Shown: positions 19,237 through 29,900 of the stretch, one piece after another
How positions within the stretch are numbered: position 1 is the stretch's first letter
Layout of the letters: the number at the start of each line of letters is the position of its first letter
From: Bacteroidia bacterium
Lineage (GTDB): Bacteria > Bacteroidota > Bacteroidia > UBA4408
DNA length: 64,000 nucleotides
Reading direction: 5' to 3'
Assembly (NCBI GenBank): GCA_035439485.1
Contig: DAORKI010000001.1
Span: 1,287-65,286 of the forward strand
Translations under genes and position numbers: made by a program
The notes under the pieces: generated by a model
What the model saw: only the letters and a program-made list of their open reading frames with translations
Databases searched by the model: none
Told to the model about the DNA's origin: nothing

Positions 19237-20367
19237 TTGAAAGTTGTTATTGTTGGTCCTGCTTTTCCATTACGAGGTGGTATTGCCAATTTTAATGAAT
19301 CGCTTTGTCGAGAGTTTGTTAAGGCCAATCATAATGCCTCCATTTACTCCTTTTCATTACAATACCCTTCGTTTCTATTTCCCGGCACAACACAGTATGA
19401 TACAGGAAAAGGCCCAGCTGATATCAGCATTAAAACCGTAATTAATTCAATTAATCCTTTGAATTGGATAAGCACTGCACTTAAAATAAAGAAAGAAAAA
19501 CCCGATTTGGTTATAGTTCGCTTTTGGATTCCTTTCATGGCGCCATGTTTAGGAACGATTATGCGTATTATAAAGTTTAATTCAAACATCAAAATTATTG
19601 CGATTACTGATAATGTAATTCCACATGAAAAGCGTTTTGGGGATCGTATTTTTACTAAGTATTTTGTAAAATCCTGTCAAGGCTTTGTTGCCATGTCAAA
19701 AGCTGTTTTAAATGATTTAAATAACTTTACAATTAATCAAAATAAAGCTTTTATTCCTCATCCTATTTACGATACTTTTGGCGAAAAAGTGAGCAAAAAA
19801 GATGCCTTACAAAAATTAAAACTTGACCCTAGTAAGCATTATATTTTGTTTTTTGGTTTTATCAGACAGTACAAAGGCTTAGATTTATTACTCAAAGCCA
19901 TGGCCGATGCGCAAATAAAAAAATTAAATATACATTTAATTGTGGCAGGCGAGTTTTACGAAAGTCCAGAACCCTATTTAGAACTCATTCAAAAAGGTAA
20001 TTTAGAAGGGCATTTAATTTTAAATACGCATTACATTCATACTGATTTAGTGAAGTATTATTTTTGTGCTGCCGATTTAATAGTTCAACCTTATCATACT
20101 GCCACGCAAAGTGGTGTAACACAAATAGCCTATCATTTCGAAAGACCAATGTTGGTAACCAATGTAGGAGGTTTAGCCGAAATGGTGCCTCACCAAATAT
20201 GCGGCTATGTAGCTGAACGTGACCCACAACAAATTGCCCAATATATTAAAGATTTTTATTTAGAAAGTAGGGAAGAAGATATGGTTAAAAACACCATCCA
20301 AGAAAAGAAAAACTTTTCATGGCAGGCCATGGTACAAGGAATACTAAACCTCAAAAAACAACTTTAA
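19237..20367 (+). CDS. Glycosyltransferase, GT4 (group 1) family
   Basis: The N-terminus KVVIVGPAFPLRGGIANF and a C-terminal GT-B region (..QPY..ATQSGV...A..F..P.LVT.VGGL.E.V) fit the family. TTG start. Confidence 0.75.
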   Translation: MKVVIVGPAFPLRGGIANFNESLCREFVKANHNASIYSFSLQYPSFLFPGTTQYDTGKGPADISIKTVINSINPLNWISTALKIKKEKPDLVIVRFWIPFMAPCLGTIMRIIKFNSNIKIIAITDNVIPHEKRFGDRIFTKYFVKSCQGFVAMSKAVLNDLNNFTINQNKAFIPHPIYDTFGEKVSKKDALQKLKLDPSKHYILFFGFIRQYKGLDLLLKAMADAQIKKLNIHLIVAGEFYESPEPYLELIQKGNLEGHLILNTHYIHTDLVKYYFCAADLIVQPYHTATQSGVTQIAYHFERPMLVTNVGGLAEMVPHQICGYVAERDPQQIAQYIKDFYLESREEDMVKNTIQEKKNFSWQAMVQGILNLKKQL

Positions 20368-20447
20368 TCAAAAACTTTAATCAGCATTTTTGGCTTAATA
20401 AATTTCACTCCTCAGGTTTTCACAATTACCAAAGCTAGTTGCTTTTT

Positions 20448-22157
20448 TCACTTCTGTAAAACCCCATCTTTAAAAAAGGCAACCTTATAAATTTTTCCTT
20501 TACGATTGTAACTTTCCCATTTTCCATCCTTTTTGCCTTCCTTAAAATTTCCTTTATCCATTATGGTTCCCACATCATAGTAACTAGTCATGCTGCCATC
20601 AGGCTTTCCATTTTTATACTCAATCTCTTCAAATTTGCCTCCATTTTCATAATAAAAAGTCCACTTTCCTATTCTTTTACCTTTTTTGAATTCACCTTCT
20701 TCTTTCACATTGCCATTGCTAAAATAACTACGCGATAAACCATCTTCTTCTCCTTTAAAATAAGTTATTTCTTTTTCTTTTTTACCGTCCGGATAATTAT
20801 AAATCCAAAGTTTATCCTTTTTTCCCAACAAATAATTTCCACTATATTTTTGTTTCCCATTTTCATGAAAACCTTGCCATTGTTTATCCATAACGCCTTT
20901 AGTATAAGTTCCTTCATCTTTTTTATTACCATTATCATGGTATGAAACCCAATTACCTTCTTCTTTTCCTAAAACAAATTCTCCTTCATAAAATAATTTT
21001 CCGTTTTCGTAAAATGCCTGCCAATGGCCTGTTTTGAGATCATCTTTAAAATTTCCTTTGCGCCAAATTTGTCCCTTGGGATAATAAAAAGTCCAAGTAC
21101 TATCACTTAATCCATTTTTATAAAAGCCTGTAGATTCTGGTTTTCCATTCTCAAAATAATTTGTCCAACTCCCATTTTGCTTATCGTTTTCAAAATTACC
21201 TTCCATTTCTAGTGAACCGTTATTTCTGTAAAAACGCCACGTTCCACACTTTTTTGCTTCACATAATCGGCCTTCTTTTTCAACTTTTCCATTGGTAAAC
21301 CAATATTTAGCAGGTCCATTTTTGATCCCAGCCATGTATGTAAGTTCAAATTCTTTAACCCCTAATGATGTGAAAAATTGCCATACACTATCTTGAAATC
21401 CATCTTTATATTTTCCGAATGATTTTTTTGTGCCATCAGGAAAGTAATAGGTACAATAGCCATTGCCATTTTTTACAATTGTTTTCCCTTTTTCATTAAA
21501 ATAGTTTTGTAATTGATAAACACCTTTTAAATAGGTGCCTTCTTCCTTTAGGTTGCCGTCAACAAAGTATTTGCTCCATTTACCAACTTCAATTCCAGCA
21601 TCAAAAAAACCACTTATCGAAAGTTTTCCATTTTCGTTGTAAGATTTAAATGGGCCTGTTTGCAGGTTATTTTCAAAAGTTCCCTCACTTTGTAAAACTC
21701 CATTTTCGTACCAGTACTTCCAAACACCCTCTTTTTTGTTAAGTTTATACCATCCTTCACTTTTCATTTTCCCATTTTCATACCATTCTTGCCAAACACT
21801 GTCGGGTAAATCCTTTTTGTAAAAAGTCGATAGGGCAGTATTGCCATTTTTAAAATAAAAAATTGATTTTCCTGATTTCTTACCAGCATAATAATTTTCT
21901 TCTGCTTTTACTTTTCCATCTTCATAATAACGCATCAAAGCACCAAACTCCTTACCTTCTCGATAATTTAGCTCTTTGGCTAGCTTACCATTTTCATAGT
22001 AATAGCTTTGTTTTCCATGTTGCAACCCGTTTTTATCGTAATTTTCTTCAGATTTAATATTTCCATTTTGATATTTTTCAATACGAGGTTGGCCATAAAG
22101 TACCCCAAAGCAAAGGATGTAAAAGAGTAATAGATATTTTTTCAAATTGATTTTCAT
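20448..22157 (-). CDS. Secreted MORN-variant (YwqK-like) repeat protein
   Basis: Signal peptide ..VLYG/QP, then more than 20 repeats of the ~23-aa unit G.W..YYENGK...EG.Y..GK..G. Confidence 0.8.
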   Translation of the reverse strand: MKINLKKYLLLFYILCFGVLYGQPRIEKYQNGNIKSEENYDKNGLQHGKQSYYYENGKLAKELNYREGKEFGALMRYYEDGKVKAEENYYAGKKSGKSIFYFKNGNTALSTFYKKDLPDSVWQEWYENGKMKSEGWYKLNKKEGVWKYWYENGVLQSEGTFENNLQTGPFKSYNENGKLSISGFFDAGIEVGKWSKYFVDGNLKEEGTYLKGVYQLQNYFNEKGKTIVKNGNGYCTYYFPDGTKKSFGKYKDGFQDSVWQFFTSLGVKEFELTYMAGIKNGPAKYWFTNGKVEKEGRLCEAKKCGTWRFYRNNGSLEMEGNFENDKQNGSWTNYFENGKPESTGFYKNGLSDSTWTFYYPKGQIWRKGNFKDDLKTGHWQAFYENGKLFYEGEFVLGKEEGNWVSYHDNGNKKDEGTYTKGVMDKQWQGFHENGKQKYSGNYLLGKKDKLWIYNYPDGKKEKEITYFKGEEDGLSRSYFSNGNVKEEGEFKKGKRIGKWTFYYENGGKFEEIEYKNGKPDGSMTSYYDVGTIMDKGNFKEGKKDGKWESYNRKGKIYKVAFFKDGVLQK

Positions 22158-22274
22158 TGCATATTTTCGGACATAAAATTACATCATTAGCATACCTTTT
22201 TATCGTTGTATTAAATAACTTTTCAATAAGGCTATTCACAATTTGTTTAATTTGCATAAAAATTCTTCAATTGT

Positions 22275-23030
22275 ATGCACCAATTGTCTGTTGTTATTAT
22301 CACCTTCAACGAAGCTAAAAATATAGCTAAATGTTTGCAAGCTGCAGTGCAAGTTGCAGATGAGATAATTGTGTACGATTCATTTTCAACTGATGATACA
22401 AGTGAAATTGCTAAACAATTTGGAGCAAAAGTGTTTCAAGGGGCTTGGCAAGGCTATAGTGCAAGTAAAAATTTAGCCAATTCACAGGCAAAATTCGATT
22501 GGATTTTATCGTTAGATGCAGATGAGGTATTGAGCAAAACCTTACAAGATGATATAGTTAGATTAAAGCAAAATGGCTTGCAAACTGCTTCATTTAAAAG
22601 GTTAACAAATTATTGTGGTTCATGGATAAGGCACTGTGGGTGGTACCCTGATATTAAATTGCGATTATTTAACCGAAAACAAATGCAATGGCAAGGTTTA
22701 ATACATGAACAATTAATATCTATGACCAATAAAAAAATAAGTTCAGTATTATTACAAGGCGATTGTCTGCATTACAGCTATTATAGTGTTACGGAGCATT
22801 ATATACAAACCGAAAAATTTAGTGGTTTATCTGCGCAAAGTTTATTTGAAAAGGGAATAAAAACAAACCTAATATCAATTTACTTGGCACCCATTTTTAA
22901 GTTTGTAAAAATGTATTTTGTACAACTTGGATTTCTAGATGGTTATTATGGTTTTGTAGTTTGTAAAGTTTCATCAAAGGCTATTTATTTAAGAAATAAA
23001 AAACTAAAGGCGCTACATTCTAATTCATGA
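22275..23030 (+). CDS. Glycosyltransferase family 2 (LPS-core-type)
   Basis: LSVVIITFNEAKNI, a YDSFSTDDT (DxD-like) motif and LSLDADE. Confidence 0.8.
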   Translation: MHQLSVVIITFNEAKNIAKCLQAAVQVADEIIVYDSFSTDDTSEIAKQFGAKVFQGAWQGYSASKNLANSQAKFDWILSLDADEVLSKTLQDDIVRLKQNGLQTASFKRLTNYCGSWIRHCGWYPDIKLRLFNRKQMQWQGLIHEQLISMTNKKISSVLLQGDCLHYSYYSVTEHYIQTEKFSGLSAQSLFEKGIKTNLISIYLAPIFKFVKMYFVQLGFLDGYYGFVVCKVSSKAIYLRNKKLKALHSNS

Positions 23031-24070
23031 AAAAGTTGAAAGTACTGGTCGAGATGGAAAAATTGAAGAACTTAAATAGCGGTTTAGGTCAGTTCTGTTT
23101 GGGTTTGGGGCAAGCCTTAGTAAATCAAAATAAAAACAATGACTTACATTTTTTAGTGCCCGAAAATAAAAAGGGCATCTTTGGAAATCATGTTTTTTAC
23201 AACAATATTAAAAATTATTTATCTTTTTTATTCAAACGACCAAAGTCCTTTGATATATGGCATTGCACACATCAACAATCAAAATTCTTACTAAGCAGTG
23301 GCAAACTTATTTTGACAATTCATGATTTAAATTTTTTATATAAATATAAGGGAATAAAAAAATTGTTTAAGATGAATGCGTTGCAGCGTAAAGTTAATAA
23401 AGCTTCCGCCATTGTAGCTATCTCACAATTTACAGCCAATGAAATTAAACAACACTTAAATATAAATGATAAAAAGTTGCATGTTATTTATAATGGCGTA
23501 AGCTTGAAAAGCATTGAAAATGTTGAGCTACCATCATTTTTACGAAATAGAAAATATTTATTTAGCATTGGGATTATTAATCCTAAAAAGAACTTTCATG
23601 TGTTGTTGCCTTTGTTAAAAAATAATGCAAATTTATTTTTAGTAATAGCAGGAAATAGTACACATCAATATGTACAAAAAATAAAATCAATGGCGCAAGA
23701 AATGGGAGTTTTAACGCAATTATATTTTTTGGGTATAGTGAGTGATGACTTAAAATATACTTTATATAAAAATTGTTATGCTTTTGTATTTCCCTCCTTG
23801 TCCGAAGGATTTGGGCTGCCGGTAATTGAAGCCATGATTTTTGGAAAGCCTGTTTTTTTAAGTAATAAAACTTGTCTCCCAGAAATTGGGGGTAGTGAAG
23901 CATTTTACTGGGAAAATTTTGAAGCAAGTGATATGCAAAAGACCTTTGAAAAAGGCATGAAAATTTATAATGATGATAATCTTAAAACTGAAAGAATAAT
24001 GCAACATGCTTCTCAGTTTAATTGGGAGATAGCTGCAAAAAAATATTTAGCACTTTATGAAAGTATCTAA
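23027..24070 (+). CDS. Glycosyltransferase, GT4 (group 1) family
   Basis: Its start overlaps the GT2 stop by 4 nt. The C-terminal FVFPSLSEGFGLPVIEAM motif is typical of GT4. Confidence 0.8.
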   Translation: MKKLKVLVEMEKLKNLNSGLGQFCLGLGQALVNQNKNNDLHFLVPENKKGIFGNHVFYNNIKNYLSFLFKRPKSFDIWHCTHQQSKFLLSSGKLILTIHDLNFLYKYKGIKKLFKMNALQRKVNKASAIVAISQFTANEIKQHLNINDKKLHVIYNGVSLKSIENVELPSFLRNRKYLFSIGIINPKKNFHVLLPLLKNNANLFLVIAGNSTHQYVQKIKSMAQEMGVLTQLYFLGIVSDDLKYTLYKNCYAFVFPSLSEGFGLPVIEAMIFGKPVFLSNKTCLPEIGGSEAFYWENFEASDMQKTFEKGMKIYNDDNLKTERIMQHASQFNWEIAAKKYLALYESI

Positions 24071-24074
24071 GCCC

Positions 24075-25103
24075 TCACTTTAACAACTCCTTCATTATTT
24101 TCCCATCACCATAAGGCATTTTAAAACCTAATAAATAGGCAATAGTAGGGGCAATATCAATTTGTTCATATGTAGTAGTGCTTGTATAGTTTTTTTTAAA
24201 ATCTGGCCCAAGTGCTAAAAATTCAATATGGCGGCATCCTTCACATGTATCACCATGAGATACATAACCATCCAAATGCCCTGCTGTGTGACGGCCATGA
24301 TCGTTAGTGATAATTAATGCTGTTTTATTTTTATAATGAGCATTGTTTTGTATAAAATTCCAAATTAAATTTACATAATTATCGGTGTCAAATATACCTT
24401 GTAAATAAGCCAAACTGTCGGCTGCATGTCCCGAAAAATCTGGCTGTTTAAAGTTAATCAACATTAAGTTAGGTTCATGTTCAGCTAAAATTAATTTTGC
24501 TTTATTCAAGGTTGTTAAATCTTCTCTATAACCAGAACCTAAACCTGAGTTGCCACAATTACTCATAGGGTTACAAACGTTGTTCCATTCACCATTAGTG
24601 CAGTTTTTTAGTACGTCTAACTTGTCTTTTGAAGCAACAATCCAGGCCTTTTCAGCAGCTTTATTAAATGTTTTTCGCCATACCTGCATAAATGAAGGAT
24701 AACTAGGAGTTTGTGTCCCCGTGTTATTTAATGTTTCATATTTACCAGTAATTATGGCAGTGTGGCCCGATACGGTGAGCGTTAATCCATTATTTTTAAA
24801 GTTAGAACAAAACACTCCTGTATTTCGAAATTCTCTTCTGTACGGAATGTAAGGTGTGGCAATAGCTCCCCAAGTATCTGCATAACGTGCACCATCAATA
24901 ACCAACACAATAATATTTTCGGTTGAATCTGCCAAAGGTGCAATTGTTGAATCTTTTTCAACAATAGGTTTTTCTTTTTCTGTTTTTCTTTTTGAGCTTA
25001 TGGGCTTACTATAGGGACGCTCTTTTGAGCATGAGTATGCGAAACTAAATACAAAAGAAATTAAGATGATAAAATAATACTTATTTGTGGTGGAAAATCT
25101 CAT
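24075..25103 (-). CDS. Lipoprotein of the alkaline-phosphatase superfamily (phosphodiesterase/nucleotide pyrophosphatase-like)
   Basis: Lipobox FAYS/C. VLVIDGARYADTWG (metal-site Asp), TVSGHTAI, and DHGRH...GDH-like C-terminal metal ligands (NDHGRHTAGHLDGYVSHGD). Confidence 0.6.
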   Translation of the reverse strand: MRFSTTNKYYFIILISFVFSFAYSCSKERPYSKPISSKRKTEKEKPIVEKDSTIAPLADSTENIIVLVIDGARYADTWGAIATPYIPYRREFRNTGVFCSNFKNNGLTLTVSGHTAIITGKYETLNNTGTQTPSYPSFMQVWRKTFNKAAEKAWIVASKDKLDVLKNCTNGEWNNVCNPMSNCGNSGLGSGYREDLTTLNKAKLILAEHEPNLMLINFKQPDFSGHAADSLAYLQGIFDTDNYVNLIWNFIQNNAHYKNKTALIITNDHGRHTAGHLDGYVSHGDTCEGCRHIEFLALGPDFKKNYTSTTTYEQIDIAPTIAYLLGFKMPYGDGKIMKELLK

Positions 25104-25157
25104 ATTGAAAATTCAAGATTATAAAGATAATAAACCTTAGCAAAAAAAAAATTGCAA

Positions 25158-26921
25158 CTAATATTGCCAAGTATAGCTCTCTTCCTCAAAAATATCATTA
25201 TTATGCGTGTGTTTATTTTGAAGATAAGGCAAGCGCTCCATTTCTTTATAATAGAAAATGAGCTCTTTTGAAACACGCTGGTATTCGTACATACTATATT
25301 TTATTAAACGATCATATTTATCAAATTCATAATAGTAACTAAATCGGTCATTTTCAGTATGTGCTTCTACTAATCGGCCTTTTTCATCAAAACCTAATTC
25401 AACATCATTATGCTGGTATTTCAACATTTTTACAGCAATTACTTGCATGTTTTTATCAAAAGTTAAACAAACATCAGTTAAACATAACTCACTGTTTTTA
25501 AATGAGATTTTGTTGAGTTTTTCTTCAAATAAATCATTACTAAAATCTAGACTGAAGGTGTAGCAATTATCTGCATTATAAAAAAAGAATTGATCACCTC
25601 CATTAGCTGGCTCATCCGATTTCTTATGTATCAAATTCCCTTTTTCATCATAAAAATGTATCGATTTTTTACTGTTATTTTTATTAACTTTTTTGCTCGT
25701 TTTTCCATTGTTTTTTTCTATGAAATAGCTGTAATCGCTTTTTGCAGCCTGCAGTTGAAAATTATTTGCTTTCATATCAAATTCATAAATAAAATCACCT
25801 CTATGATTTTTATTATTGTCTTTAAATATTTGATAACTGGCCACACTTAATTGTTTCGGCTTATCCAATACATTATTGGTTTTGAACAAACTAGTTACAC
25901 TTGGCTCATGCCGAAACTTGTTATAATCGTTTAGCACTTCAAAATAATCGAAATTCTGGAACAAAAGAGATGGTTTTATCAATTGTTTATAGGAATGGTA
26001 TGCAGGAAACAAATCCAAAAGATTTTTACATTTTTCAAAGGGAACAAATACCGAATATGAATCTCCATTGCTAATATAGCTGCTTTTACAATAAGGTGGA
26101 ACACTAATCATCATGCCCCAGGCAAACCAATAAATATGAGTTTCTTTAATATCAAACTTGTGTTGATCAAACTTTCTTTGTCCTTTTTCTTGGCGTTGAT
26201 AACCGGTTTCATTTTCTTCTTCATTAATTATTTCCTCATCCTCTATTTCAACTTCATCAGGATTTTCTTTAAAATAAATATCTAATTCTGAAAAAAATTG
26301 ATTTACATATGGCAATACCTCCTGTTGTGTTTGTGCTAAGTTATTTTCATTAAACTCAGCTTTTAACTGGCTTATTTTTTGCGTGAAAACATCAAAAGTA
26401 AAGTACTTTGTTATGTTTATTTCTACAGTTTCATTACTATATCTATTGTTGTTTGATGTTACCTTGAATTCGTAATTCAAATAGCATGTAAATATTTGAT
26501 TACATACTGATAAGAGTTTTATATCAATGGCATGAAGTTGCGGATTAAAATCATCTTCAACACCCTGTTCATACTTATTGTTTCTGCGAAGCTTAAATTC
26601 ATTATATTTAACTATTTGTGCTTTTATTTCATTGTTTAATTCATACTTTTTTTGTTTATCTTTCCATGCTTCTAGCGCTAAATTTTCAATTTGCCTGTTG
26701 ATACGTTCAAAGTTATTTCCGCCCTCATTACGCATAGCAAAATATTCAATATCAAATTCTCCATTTAAATTCAATTCAAAGTCCTTAACTTCTTTATATT
26801 TATTTTGATAAAAATATTCATGATTTGAAAACACATCAAAAACAACACTTGATTGTGAAAAGCCTTTATTTACAAAGCTTATAAGCAGTATCGAAAATAG
26901 TAGTTTAATTTTTTTATTCAT
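25158..26921 (-). CDS. Secreted hypothetical protein (587 aa) with acidic linker and YD-repeat-like C-terminal segments
   Basis: ATG 26921 gives the signal peptide MNKKIKLLFSILLISFVNKGFS/QS and lies 2 nt after the upstream stop. Acidic stretch EVEIEDEEIINEEENE. YD-like motifs HFYDEKGNLI and FDEKGRLVEAHT..YYYEFDKYDRLI. No family recognised. Confidence 0.7.
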   Translation of the reverse strand: MNKKIKLLFSILLISFVNKGFSQSSVVFDVFSNHEYFYQNKYKEVKDFELNLNGEFDIEYFAMRNEGGNNFERINRQIENLALEAWKDKQKKYELNNEIKAQIVKYNEFKLRRNNKYEQGVEDDFNPQLHAIDIKLLSVCNQIFTCYLNYEFKVTSNNNRYSNETVEINITKYFTFDVFTQKISQLKAEFNENNLAQTQQEVLPYVNQFFSELDIYFKENPDEVEIEDEEIINEEENETGYQRQEKGQRKFDQHKFDIKETHIYWFAWGMMISVPPYCKSSYISNGDSYSVFVPFEKCKNLLDLFPAYHSYKQLIKPSLLFQNFDYFEVLNDYNKFRHEPSVTSLFKTNNVLDKPKQLSVASYQIFKDNNKNHRGDFIYEFDMKANNFQLQAAKSDYSYFIEKNNGKTSKKVNKNNSKKSIHFYDEKGNLIHKKSDEPANGGDQFFFYNADNCYTFSLDFSNDLFEEKLNKISFKNSELCLTDVCLTFDKNMQVIAVKMLKYQHNDVELGFDEKGRLVEAHTENDRFSYYYEFDKYDRLIKYSMYEYQRVSKELIFYYKEMERLPYLQNKHTHNNDIFEEESYTWQY

Positions 26922-26923
26922 TT

Positions 26924-29900
26924 TTATTCGATGTAAAAAGTAAACCACAATTGCTTTTCAGCTACGCTGTAAATGAAATTTATTCTTGAGAAACCATTAT
27001 TTTCCAAGGCTTTCCTTATATCAGTTACTACAAACTTACTTTGATTTTTATTTAAAATGTACAATTCATTTTCTGTTTTAGTACAATTTATTTTTATTAC
27101 TCCACAAGCAAATTCACCACCAAGCAGCATAAAGTCAGTATGAGCATCTATGTTTTCATAACCTTTTGTACCATAAATATCAAATTTAACAGTTGCATCG
27201 GCTACCGCAATGCCGAAAAATAAATCAAGTTCCGCCTCACTCATTTTTAGCTGATATTTTTCAAATATGGCGCTGCTAAATTTCTCAAAAATAAAGGCTT
27301 CTCCTTTTTTTATATCTAAACTAATGAAATCCTTTATTTTAGCAGGTGTAAAGCAATTAAAGTTTGATTTTATATATTCAATACTTAACTTTTTTTCTGG
27401 ATCAAATGACACATTTTTTGTTTCAAAAAAAGCTTTAAAGTTGGCATAGTTTTTATCATTGCTTTTGATAGGCCCTTTCATAAATTCAAGGGCAATTTTT
27501 TTAGGATAAAAATCAACATGAGTATAATTTCTGTTTCCAATGCTATAGCCCGCAGATATTTGCATACGACTGATGTAACCCTTGGTAATACATGGGTTAA
27601 ACACCAATTTAATTTGGTGATTAGTGGGTAAATAAAATGCAAATTCCTTAAACATCATTAAATTCATTGAACTAAATCCTGAATTGTTTCCATTGCTATT
27701 TTGAAATCCTGTATAAAATATGGAGCGATAATTTAAACTATCAACTGGAATTAAATACTTAGGGAAATAACTCTGTAGTTTATCATATTCAAGTAAAGTA
27801 CTCAAACTTGGCGCAAAGCCTCCTCTGTTAATGCTATACGTGGTATCAATGCATGAACAAGGCATTTCTGTTGGCTTAACTTGTAAATTATTATTGCGAT
27901 AGTATAGCGTGTCTATTTTGCCATTTTCGTTTACGAAAATGCCCATGCCTTCTAATTTATCATCTACCCAATTGCTTTTACGTTTTATATTGCCATTTTC
28001 AAAATATTCAACATAAGTTCCATTTTTTTTGCCATTTATATAAGGCATTTTACTCTGCAATTTGCCCGATGCATAATAGCTTTCTGACATACCATCTTGA
28101 ACTTTGTTTTTATAAATATTTTTATTTTTTATATTATTTGATTTAGGATAATAGGATTCGCTTTGAACTATTTTTGCAGCTTCATCTATTACAATGGAGC
28201 GAGAAACAATATTGTTTTGATCATCTCTTGATTCATATGCACCCGATTCGTAATCATTATAGGTTTTTAAATATCCATTTGGATAAAACTCAGTAATGGC
28301 AACACTTTGACCAGTTTTACTACTGTATCTTCTTATTTCATAAGCTTTTCCCGAAATTTGATTTCTTATCCAGGTTCCGCACATCTTTTGATTGCAATAA
28401 TGTCCTCTTAGCCAAACATATTTTGCTCCAAATTTTTCGAGCCAAGGACCATTTAGTAATCCATTATTAAATTTTGCATATAACATGGTGTCGCCATTTT
28501 CAGGATGATAAAATACAAAGTCGCCATGCGGTAAATCATTGTTAAAATTCATTTTAGCATACACTTTTCCATTGTTAAAATAAATAAGGTAATTGCCATT
28601 TTTTATAGTATCAGAATAAAAATTGTTTGGTTTTAATACACCCCCAGCAGCAACGGTAATACTCGAAATTTGATATTGTGGAGGCAAAAGTGTATCAGGT
28701 TTTTGATAAAAGCTCCCACTTGCAAAATTATATGTACCATCACTTTTAAAGTGTAAAGTATTATAAATTTGATTTTCGGCATGTTGAAAGCCTATTTTTC
28801 GGATATTGCCATTCATGTAATAATAGCGTGCAAAGGGCATCATAGAAGTCGATGAACTAATTTTTTCTGACTTCAATTTTCCATTTGGAAAATAATTTAA
28901 TTCTAACACCTTGTCAATAAATATCTGATTTAACTTCCCTTCATGATAGCTATATTGTATTACCCTATTGCCAAGTGAATCATAAAATAATTTTGAAGTA
29001 ATTTTGCCTGCTTGGTCATACTGAAATGCCCAACCTATTTGATAATATTTTTTTTCATTACTTGAAGTAATAAAAGAGTTATAATTTCTTGTTGATTTCA
29101 CGTTTCCATTTTCATAGTATTCAATCGATTCACCTTGTAATAAACCATCAATAAAATTTTGAGAATGCGCCAGTTTCCCGGATGGATAATAAGATTTTCT
29201 TAACCCATTTTCCTTACCATTCTTAAATGTAGTTTCAAATACCAATACATTTTTTTGCCAATTCAATTCTTTACCTGTTTTTACCGAAATGTCGCTGGTA
29301 TCTCCTTTAATAATTTCATAAGTAACATCATAAGTTTTATTGCCATCTTCATCGTAAGAAATCGATTTTCCAATTTGTAAATTGTTCTCGTATGTGTTGC
29401 TCGTTTTTACGTTGCCGTTAGGGAGATGCGTTTCCCAAGTCCCTGTTTTTTTGCCATAATAATAATATTCACGACTATCTATTTTACCATTGCCTTTGTA
29501 TCTTTCCCTCACACCATGTAATACATTACGTAGCTTTTTTCCATCAATTTCTATTTCTTCATAATACTCACTTTTTGTTTCCAAAGTGCCTGTGTTTGTG
29601 TATGAATTATTGGTTCCGTGTACCTTCCCATTTTTATAATAGGTTTCTTTATATAAATTGCCATTTGGGTTGTACTCACGCCACAAACCAGTTTTTTTAT
29701 CATATTCGTAACGCCCCTCTTGACTTACCTGTCCTGTTGAATGAAATGACACAAATTTGCCATGTTTTACTGTTGTTTTTTTTCCATTTTCAGTAATTTC
29801 AATAAAGCTATTTTTGTATTGCAATGCACCTTTGTTGTTATAAAATATTTGTTCTCCAATAGCTTGTCCTTGTTTAAAATTTTGCTCACTTTTAATAATA

